From Alphaproteobacteria bacterium (GTDB lineage: Bacteria; Pseudomonadota; Alphaproteobacteria; CADEGL01), in NCBI GenBank assembly GCA_963583595.1, contig CAUZWC010000002.1:1-35875 (forward strand): a stretch of 35,875 bases of DNA, read 5' to 3'. The position numbers were made by a program, and so were the translations under genes. A model generated the notes under the pieces. The model was not told the DNA's origin, made no database searches, and saw only the letters and a list, made by a program, of their open reading frames with translations. This document shows positions 17,420-24,182 of this stretch, in pieces. How positions within the stretch are numbered: position 1 is the stretch's first letter; each line of letters opens with the position of its first letter.

Positions 17420-17450
17420 CGGCGCGGCCCATAGGGCCGTGCCATTTCAT

Positions 17451-17554
17451 CCTTCGAGACGCGCGCGGCGCGCGCTCCTCAGGATGAGGAGAGAGTGTTT
17501 GCTATAGGACCCTCACTCTGAGGAGGCCCATAGGGCCGTCTCGAAGGGCGAGGG
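17451..17554. repeat. Palindromic REP/MITE-like intergenic element, copy C
   Basis: CCTTCGAGACGCGCGCGGCGCGCGCTCCTCAGGATGAGG ... CCTCACTCTGAGGAGGCCCATAGGGCCGTCTCGAAGGGCGAGGG, between SDR type C copies 2 and 3. The mini-hairpin GGCCCATAGGGCCGT also occurs just outside, at 17426-17440. Confidence 0.85.
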
Positions 17555-17572
17555 TCCGCACGGGAGGAAGCG

Positions 17573-18307
17573 ATGGCCAACGCGGAATTCGATAGGCGGG
17601 TGGCGGTGGTCACCGGGGGGGCGAGTGGGATCGGCTTCGCCATCTCCAAGCTTCTGACGGAGCGCGGGGCGACGGTCTCGATCTGGGATCTCGACGATAA
17701 GGTCGCGGGCGAGGCTGCGGGTCGGCTCGAGCGCGCCGGCCATGAAGCGGTGGACGTGACCGACGAGGCCGCCATCCGCGCGGCGCGCGATCGCGTTCTG
17801 GCCGAGCACGGGCGCTGCGATATCCTGATCAACAACGCGGGCATCTATCCCCACGCCACCCTGCACGAGATCACAGTCGAGGCCTGGGACCGCATGTTCG
17901 ACGTGGATTCGAAAAGTGTCTTCCTGGCGACCCGCGCCTTCATGGATCCGATGATCGCGCAGCGCTACGGCCGCGTCGTCACGATCGTTTCTGAGGACGC
18001 CTATATGGCGAAACCCTCGATCGCCCATTACGCGGCGGCCAAGGCGTCGCTGCTCAGCCTGATCAAAACCTTCGCCCTGGAACTCGCACCCCATCAGGTG
18101 CTGTGCAACGGCCTCGCGCCGGGGCCGGTGGCGACCGAGCGGGCCAAGGGTCAGGCCTGGCTGGCCGAGCGCATTCCCAAGATCCCGGTCCTGCGCGCGG
18201 CCGAGCCCGAGGATATGGCGGAATATGCCGTCTTCCTGGCCTCCGACCGAAACCGTTTCATGACCGGCGAGACGATCATCGCCAATGGCGGCTATATCAT
18301 GATGTGA
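17573..18307 (+). CDS. Short-chain dehydrogenase/reductase (type C, copy 3 of 4)
   Basis: Track ORF of 244 aa with SD GGGAGGAAG. Same motif order (VAVVTGGASGIGFAI ... HYAAAKASLLSLIKTFALELAPHQVLCNG). Confidence 0.85.
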   Translation: MANAEFDRRVAVVTGGASGIGFAISKLLTERGATVSIWDLDDKVAGEAAGRLERAGHEAVDVTDEAAIRAARDRVLAEHGRCDILINNAGIYPHATLHEITVEAWDRMFDVDSKSVFLATRAFMDPMIAQRYGRVVTIVSEDAYMAKPSIAHYAAAKASLLSLIKTFALELAPHQVLCNGLAPGPVATERAKGQAWLAERIPKIPVLRAAEPEDMAEYAVFLASDRNRFMTGETIIANGGYIMM

Positions 18308-18425
18308 GACACCGTTTTTGCCGCCCTCGCGCTGAGCTTGTCGAAGCGCGGGGGGCAGGCACAGTGCCCGCATCGCCCTTCGGCAGGTTCAGGACGAGGA
18401 TATGAGACATGGAGCGATTGACGGC

Positions 18426-19178
18426 ATGAGCGAGAAGGAATTCGACGGCCAGGTGGCCGTGGTCACGGGGGCGGCGGGCGGCATCGGCTTCGCCATCGCC
18501 AAGCTGTTCGCCGAGCGCGGGGCGACCGCCTCGGTCTGGGATGTCGATAGCGACGCGGCGGCCGCCGCGGCCAAGCGGCTGAAGGACATGGGTCTCAAGG
18601 CTCATAGTGCGGGTCTGGACGTCACCGACGAGGAGCAGATCTTCGCGGCGCGCGACGCGACCCTGGCGGACTGCGGCCAGATCGACATTCTGGTGAACAA
18701 TGCCGGGCTCTATCCTGAAGGCACGATCCAGGACATGACGCGCGAGGCCTGGGACCGGGTCTTCGCCGTCAATGTCACGGGCCCCTTCTTCCTGATGCGA
18801 GCCCTGATGGAGCATATGAAGGCGCGCAAATATGGGCGGATGGTCAATATCGTCACGATCGACGCCTATATGGCCAAGCAGACAAAGCCGCATTACGCGG
18901 CGTCCAAGGCGGCCCTGCTCAGCGTGATGAAGACCTATGCCATCGAGCTGGCGCCCCATGGCATCCTGGTCAACGGGGTCAGCCCGGGCGCGGTGGCGAC
19001 CGAGCGGGCCAAGCAGTCCGACTGGCTGGAGTCGTATAGCAAGAAGACGCCGGTGGGCTATACCGCCGAGCCGGAGCAGATGGCCGAATACATCCTGTTC
19101 CTGGCCTCCAAGCGGAACATGTTCATGGCCGGCGAATGCATCATCGCCTCCGGCGGGTTCTACGTGGCCTCGGCCTAG
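18426..19178 (+). CDS. Short-chain dehydrogenase/reductase (type C, copy 4 of 4)
   Basis: Track ORF 18402..19178. The start at ATG 18426 (MSEKEFDGQVAVVTGAAGGIGFAI) was chosen by alignment with the three paralog N-termini. The ATG at 18402 remains possible. Confidence 0.8.
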   Translation: MSEKEFDGQVAVVTGAAGGIGFAIAKLFAERGATASVWDVDSDAAAAAAKRLKDMGLKAHSAGLDVTDEEQIFAARDATLADCGQIDILVNNAGLYPEGTIQDMTREAWDRVFAVNVTGPFFLMRALMEHMKARKYGRMVNIVTIDAYMAKQTKPHYAASKAALLSVMKTYAIELAPHGILVNGVSPGAVATERAKQSDWLESYSKKTPVGYTAEPEQMAEYILFLASKRNMFMAGECIIASGGFYVASA

Positions 19179-19207
19179 CCTGTCGGTCGCGGCGGCGGGC
19201 GTGCAAG

Positions 19208-19303
19208 CCCACCTCACCCGGCCCCCCAGGGGAGAAAATGGGGCGGCTGCGCGTGTTCCCCTTTCCGCCCCTGGGAGGCGGAAAGGGCCGGGGTGAGGTG
19301 GGG
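19208..19303. repeat. Nested palindromic intergenic element
   Basis: The outer arms CCCACCTCACCCGGCCCC (19208-19225) and GGGCCGGGGTGAGGTGGGG (19285-19303) enclose a perfect 9-bp stem, CTTTCCGCC-cctggga-GGCGGAAAG (19261-19285). Confidence 0.7.
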
Positions 19304-19373
19304 GTGTGGCACTTTGCTGCCATGGGTGCCGCGGATGCGCCCCGCCGGGTAGAATGATCCAGGGAGAAACAAG

Positions 19374-20345
19374 ATGACGGGGACGGACATGGATACGAGC
19401 TTGCTCGCGGGCGTGCAGACCTTCATGGGCATGCCGTTTTCGCGCGATCTGTCGAAGGCCAAAGCGGCCGTCCTGGGCATTCCCTTCGATTGCGGGCTGC
19501 ATGCCGTGCGGCTGGGCGCGCGCACCGGGCCGGCGGCGCTGCGCACCGGCTCGACCCTGGTGCGGCCCTATCAGCCGCCGCTCTACGATTTCAACGTGAT
19601 CGACGAATTGGGCGCGGTCGATTGCGGCAATGTCGATGTCGTTCTGGGCGACACGGCCGAGAGCTTCCGCCGGATCGAAGAGGCGGTCTGGGGAATCGTT
19701 GAGAGCGACACCATCCCGGTCACCTTCGGGGGCGACGGCGCGGTGACCCTGCCGCAGCTTCGCGCCCTCAAGCGCAAATATCCGGATCTGGCCGTCCTCC
19801 ATTTCGACGCCCATACTGATACCTATCAGGACAGCCTGGCCCCGGCGCCGGGCGCGAATATGCCTGAATATGACCCGTCCACGACCTTCTCGCGGGCGGC
19901 CGACGAAGGGGTGATCGACGCCGCGGCCTCGATGCATGTCGGGCCGCGCGGCACGGTCAGCCAGGGCGGCGTGTTCGATTTCACTCGCTCCAAGGGCTAC
20001 GGCCTGATCTCCGGCGAAGACATGGCGGCGCTGGGCATCGCCGGGACCCTGGAACGGATTCACGAGCGCATGGCCGGGCGGCCGGTCTATCTGTGCTGGG
20101 ACATGGACGTCTTCGATCCGTCCTGCGCGCCGGGGGTCTTCACCCCGACCTGGGGTGGTCTGACCGCGCGCGAGGGGCTGGACTATCTGCACGGGCTGCG
20201 CGGGCTCGATTTTGTCGCCTTCGACGTGAACACCCTGTCGCCGCTGCACGATGTCGGCGGGATGAGCGCCTTTCTCGCCGCCACGGTGGCCGCCGAATGC
20301 TTGTTCCTTGCGGCCGACCGGTTGCGGCGAGCGACGGGGCCCTGA
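19374..20345 (+). CDS. Ureohydrolase-fold protein (arginase/agmatinase/guanidino-acid hydrolase family), divergent active site
   Basis: Track ORF of 323 aa with SD AGGGAGAA. VLHFDAHTDTY and YLCWDMDVFDP match family motifs 2 and 3. Motif 1 reads FGGDGAVT instead of GGDH. Confidence 0.75.
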   Translation: MTGTDMDTSLLAGVQTFMGMPFSRDLSKAKAAVLGIPFDCGLHAVRLGARTGPAALRTGSTLVRPYQPPLYDFNVIDELGAVDCGNVDVVLGDTAESFRRIEEAVWGIVESDTIPVTFGGDGAVTLPQLRALKRKYPDLAVLHFDAHTDTYQDSLAPAPGANMPEYDPSTTFSRAADEGVIDAAASMHVGPRGTVSQGGVFDFTRSKGYGLISGEDMAALGIAGTLERIHERMAGRPVYLCWDMDVFDPSCAPGVFTPTWGGLTAREGLDYLHGLRGLDFVAFDVNTLSPLHDVGGMSAFLAATVAAECLFLAADRLRRATGP

Positions 20346-20357
20346 CGGGAGGCGTCG

Positions 20358-20627
20358 TCAGTCGGCGTCGCCCCGCCTGTTCCGCCAGGTAAGCCAAATC
20401 CGCTTGAAGAGCGGCAGGGATAGAGCGGACAGCATGAAGCCGACCGTCGGCACGATGGCATTGTGCCAGGGCCGGACGGTGTCGATCGCATTCATGTAGA
20501 GGGCGAGGGTGAGGTAGGTGAACAGGGCGATCAGCGCCTTGCGCGCCCAGCTCGTCTCCCAGGCTTTGTCCTTCTCGACCCGCCTGTTCCGCGCTTCGAT
20601 TGCGAGAATCCGTTGCTCGATATCCAT
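20358..20627 (-). CDS. Small two-TM membrane protein of unknown function
   Basis: Track ORF of 89 aa, with ATG 20625-20627 preceded by GGGAGG, 21 nt after the amidase stop. A charged N-terminal helix (IEARNRRVEKDKAWETSW) is followed by two hydrophobic segments. Confidence 0.6.
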   Translation of the reverse strand: MDIEQRILAIEARNRRVEKDKAWETSWARKALIALFTYLTLALYMNAIDTVRPWHNAIVPTVGFMLSALSLPLFKRIWLTWRNRRGDAD

Positions 20628-20648
20628 CGGTCCGCCTCCCGTATCCGC

Positions 20649-22061
20649 TTAGATCGGCGGGCGCCAGGCGGGCCAGCCGATGCGCGGTTCGAGGGCCTTG
20701 CCGATGCGCAGCGCGGTCAGGTCGTCATGGCGGCGGCCGACGATCTGGATCGCCGTCGGCAGACCGGCCGCCGTCCGGCCGCTCGGCACCGAGAGCGCCG
20801 GGCATTGTGGAATCTGATTGAAATGGGCGGTCATCTCGATGCCACGATAGCGCCCCTTCTCGTCGATATAGTCGAAATCCGAATCGTCCATCGACGCGTC
20901 CGGCGCGGGGATGGGCATGGTCGGGCAGAGGAAGGCGTCGTAGCGCTCGAAGACCGGGCGGAAGATCGCCCAATGCTCGCTGCGCATCAGCTCCGTCGAT
21001 TTCACCGTCAGCCCGTCCTTGGTCAGGGCCTTGCGGATCAGCGCGACCAGGCCCGGATCCATCCGGTCGGCCCATTCGTCGAGCTTGTCGCCCAGCATGA
21101 CGGCGTAATAAATCCCGCCCTGGCACCAGCGCGGATCGAGCCGGGTCGGCAGGCCTGAAATCGCAACCTCCTCGACCCGGGCGCCGGCGTTGCGAAGGGC
21201 GTCGAGCGCGATCATGAAATTGGCCGCGACCTCGTCGTCGATCGTCTGGTAGCCCAGATCCAGGCTCCAGCCGAGGGACAGGCCGCGGACATCGCCGTCG
21301 ATCGGAATGGCGAGGTCGAGCGGCTCGGGCAAAGTCTGGATATCGGCCTCATGGGGGCCGTTGGTGACGTCGAGGAAGAGGGCCGCATCGTCCACCGTCC
21401 GCGCGATCGGGCCAAAATGCCAGGATTGGTCGAACAGACTGGGCATGATCTCGAAGGGGATGCGCCCGAAGCTGGGCTTGTGGCCGACGATGCCGCACCA
21501 GGCCGCCGGGCCGCGCACGGAACCGCCCGAATCGGACCCTTCCGCGATGGGAACGCAGCCCGCCGCCACGGCCGCGCCCGATCCGCCGGAGGAGCCGGAG
21601 GGCGTCTTGGTGAGGTCCCAGGGGTTGCGCGTGACGCCGAAAAGCGGGCTGTCGGTGAACCAGGAGAAGGCGTATTCGGGCGTCGTCGTCTTGCCCAGCA
21701 GGATCGCCCCGGCATCGATCTGGCGGGACACCACGACCGCGTCCTCGTCAGGCACCCAATGTTCGTGGATGCGCGAGCCGCGGGTCGTGACCTTGCCCTT
21801 GGTCAGGGTCATGTCCTTGACCGCGATGGGCAGGCCGTGCATGGGGCCGAGATCGTCGCCGCGCATCACCGCCGCCTCGGCCGCCTTGGCCTTGTCGCGC
21901 GCCTCTTCGGGATAGAGGGCGCAGAAGGCATTGAGCTTGGGATCGACCTGCGCGACCCGTTGCAGCGCGTTGTCGATCAGCTCGACCGGCGACAGCTCGC
22001 GGCGCCGGATCAGTTCGGCCAGCGCGGTCGCCGGCGTGTAGCAGAGATCGAGATCGACCAT
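20649..22061 (-). CDS. Amidase-signature (AS) family amidase
   Basis: Track ORF of 470 aa. LPIAVKDM (catalytic Lys), GSSGGSGAAVAAG, and GSDSGGSVRGPAAWCGIVGHKPSFG (Ser-cisSer). Confidence 0.9.
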   Translation of the reverse strand: MVDLDLCYTPATALAELIRRRELSPVELIDNALQRVAQVDPKLNAFCALYPEEARDKAKAAEAAVMRGDDLGPMHGLPIAVKDMTLTKGKVTTRGSRIHEHWVPDEDAVVVSRQIDAGAILLGKTTTPEYAFSWFTDSPLFGVTRNPWDLTKTPSGSSGGSGAAVAAGCVPIAEGSDSGGSVRGPAAWCGIVGHKPSFGRIPFEIMPSLFDQSWHFGPIARTVDDAALFLDVTNGPHEADIQTLPEPLDLAIPIDGDVRGLSLGWSLDLGYQTIDDEVAANFMIALDALRNAGARVEEVAISGLPTRLDPRWCQGGIYYAVMLGDKLDEWADRMDPGLVALIRKALTKDGLTVKSTELMRSEHWAIFRPVFERYDAFLCPTMPIPAPDASMDDSDFDYIDEKGRYRGIEMTAHFNQIPQCPALSVPSGRTAAGLPTAIQIVGRRHDDLTALRIGKALEPRIGWPAWRPPI

Positions 22062-22081
22062 TGCGCGTCCCTCCTCGGACG

Positions 22082-23197
22082 TCAGGCGCCGACGGCGGCG
22101 CGCAAGGCGTCGGCCATCGCCCAGGCCTCGCCTGGGCGCAGATTATCCCATGGCCGGCCCAGCAGGTCGCGCAGGCTTCGCGCGGTCGCGTCGCTGAAGA
22201 CGACCGCGCCGTCGCGCTCGACCGCGGCGATGCCGTCATAGGGCAGGGAGGATTCGTTCGAGGCGATGGCCTGGGCTTCGGTCCAGCCTTCTGCGAGATC
22301 GAGGGCGAGGTCGGCGCGCGACAGGCGGATGGGGTAGCCGCCGATGCGCCCCTCCGGTCCCGGCACATGCGTCGCGGTTGGGGTTTCGCCCAGGGCCGCC
22401 TTCAGAACCACCATCGCCGCGCTGACGGTCAGGGCGTTGAAATCCAGATCGTAGGGAATGGGGTAGGGGGCGAAGAGGGCGGCGGGATCCGGCGGGGCGA
22501 TGACCCTGCCGCCGATGCGGGCCTCGATCAGATAGGGCGGATAGTCGGGCGCGGGCGCGCCCTCCAGCGCACACTCTGGCGGTGGCTCGGCATAGAAATG
22601 GTATTCCAGGGCGTGCTGGGCGACGAGGCGGACCTCGATGGCCTCGGGCCGCACCCCCTGGCGCTCGGCCAGGACGAAACGGGCTTTGGGGATCGCCTCG
22701 ATGACATTGCCCATGCCGCAGAGCGGGCCGGGGCCCGTCCGGGTCAGCACCGCGTTGACGACATCGGGATAGGACAGGTTGAACCAGGGCGATCTGAGGC
22801 CCGATTCGACCCAGCGCTCCCGGAAGGCGAGCAGCGGCGCCAGATGGCAGGCCATGAAGGCGGCGAAGGGCGCCGCGCGGGCCGTCTCGCCCGCCGGGCC
22901 CTGCAGCCGGTCCACCGCCCACCAAGGCAGCAGGCTGGGCGCGGCGACGGTGACGTCCGGCGCGATATCGGCCAGGGCGCGCCCCGCGCCTTTCTCGGTC
23001 AGGTCGAAGGGCGCGAAGCGAATCGCAGGGAAGCGCCCCTCGACCCCCGCGCCGATCCGGGCATTGGCGATCTTGCGCGCCGCGTAATAGCCAGAGCGAC
23101 CGGCAACGACGATCTCGTCGAATTCCTCCGCCCTTGCGGCGGCTTCGAGCAGCATGCCGTTGAGCACGCCCAGGGAGACCAGAAGGAGGCGGGCCAT
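22082..23197 (-). CDS. Hypothetical protein (371 aa), unrecognised family; possibly a Rossmann-like N-terminus
   Basis: Track ORF 22082..23278. The preferred start is ATG 23195-23197 (MARLLLVSLGVLNG...) with AAGGGAG 10 nt upstream. Strong GC3 bias and 20-nt spacing to the amidase gene indicate a real gene in the same operon. Confidence 0.6.
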   Translation of the reverse strand: MARLLLVSLGVLNGMLLEAAARAEEFDEIVVAGRSGYYAARKIANARIGAGVEGRFPAIRFAPFDLTEKGAGRALADIAPDVTVAAPSLLPWWAVDRLQGPAGETARAAPFAAFMACHLAPLLAFRERWVESGLRSPWFNLSYPDVVNAVLTRTGPGPLCGMGNVIEAIPKARFVLAERQGVRPEAIEVRLVAQHALEYHFYAEPPPECALEGAPAPDYPPYLIEARIGGRVIAPPDPAALFAPYPIPYDLDFNALTVSAAMVVLKAALGETPTATHVPGPEGRIGGYPIRLSRADLALDLAEGWTEAQAIASNESSLPYDGIAAVERDGAVVFSDATARSLRDLLGRPWDNLRPGEAWAMADALRAAVGA

Positions 23198-23333
23198 TGT
23201 CGTGAACTCCCTTGCCGTTCGGCGGTCGTCTTTCGCGGTGTCCGGAGCCATCCTAGAAAGCTCTGCCTCCGCAGCCAAAGCATGGAATCTTAGCCCGGCA
23301 TAAAAGGCCCTAATTCAGACAGTGAAATTTAGG

Positions 23334-23357
23334 ACCAATATGGATAATTGGTTCTAA
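23334..23357. promoter_or_regulatory. Candidate operator box 1 (24-bp exact repeat containing the dyad ACCAAT-N7-ATTGGT)
   Basis: ACCAATATGGATAATTGGTTCTAA is identical to 23420-23443. It lies in a 32% GC divergent intergenic region next to the GntR gene. Confidence 0.5.
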
Positions 23358-23419
23358 TTTGATCCTTTACAGATGCTATAATGCTCCATTATATGGGAGA
23401 AACTAGGATATACATAGAA

Positions 23420-23443
23420 ACCAATATGGATAATTGGTTCTAA
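23420..23443. promoter_or_regulatory. Candidate operator box 2 (24-bp exact repeat), abutting the gntR-family ATG
   Basis: ACCAATATGGATAATTGGTTCTAA is immediately followed by ATG at 23444. No Shine-Dalgarno sequence fits between them. Confidence 0.5.
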
Positions 23444-24130
23444 ATGGAGACGCAACAAGCCTTGAGCGATCTGCGCTCCTTGCTCCGCGAGGGCGGCTTC
23501 GCGCCGCGCGCCAAGCTGCCGCCGGAACGCGAACTCGCGCGCAGGCTGGGGGTCGGACGCGGCACCCTGCGCAAGCTTCTGGCGGTGCTTGAGGCGGAAG
23601 GGCGCATCACCCGCCATGTCGGCCAGGGCACTTTCGTCGACGGCCCGCCGGAGATTGCACCCGTCGCCGGACTCGCCGCCGAGGATGCCAGCCCCGCCGA
23701 GGTGCTGGAGGCGCGCGCGGTGATCGACCCGGCCATCGCCAGCCTCGCGGCCCTGCGCGCGACGCCTGAACAGATTGCCCGCATGCGCCACTGCATCGAG
23801 AAGAGCGTCTCGGAAGAGGGCTGGCCCAACTGGGACCGCTGGATGGGCACCCTGTTCCGCACCATCGCCGAGGCCGCCGGTAACGGCTTGCTGCAGAGTT
23901 TCATGGGCCATGTCGACGACCGCCGCTCGAACGACGAATGGGCCGAACTGCGCGCCCGGGCACTCACGCCGGACTGGCAGCGCACCCTATCGGCGCAGCA
24001 CCGCGGCATCGTCGATGCCATCGCGGCGCGCGACGCGGCGCGGGCGGCGGAGCTGACCCGCGAGCATCATCTGGCCGTCCGCTCGCGCTATTTCGGCGTG
24101 GCGGGCGAGATCGGGATTCCGGTCGGATAG
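23444..24130 (+). CDS. GntR-family transcriptional regulator (FadR/FCD subfamily)
   Basis: Track ORF of 228 aa. The N-terminal winged HTH is KLPPERELARRLGVGRGTLRKLLAVLEAEGRITRHVGQGTFV. The C-terminal all-helical domain is EVLEARAVIDPAIASLAA..AT.EQIARM. Confidence 0.85.
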   Translation: METQQALSDLRSLLREGGFAPRAKLPPERELARRLGVGRGTLRKLLAVLEAEGRITRHVGQGTFVDGPPEIAPVAGLAAEDASPAEVLEARAVIDPAIASLAALRATPEQIARMRHCIEKSVSEEGWPNWDRWMGTLFRTIAEAAGNGLLQSFMGHVDDRRSNDEWAELRARALTPDWQRTLSAQHRGIVDAIAARDAARAAELTREHHLAVRSRYFGVAGEIGIPVG

Positions 24131-24182
24131 ACACGAGCTTAGGCAGGCCGCCCAGACGGCGGTCAGGGGAGAGGGAGAGAGG

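Noticed and set aside
23377-23382. A TATAAT hexamer between the two 24-bp boxes, considered as a defined -10 element.
   Set aside because: I could not find a -35 hexamer at 16-18-bp spacing (TTGATC is 12 bp away, TTCTAA 19 bp). In a 32% GC stretch a TATAAT can arise by chance. It is kept only as a comment inside the operator finding.
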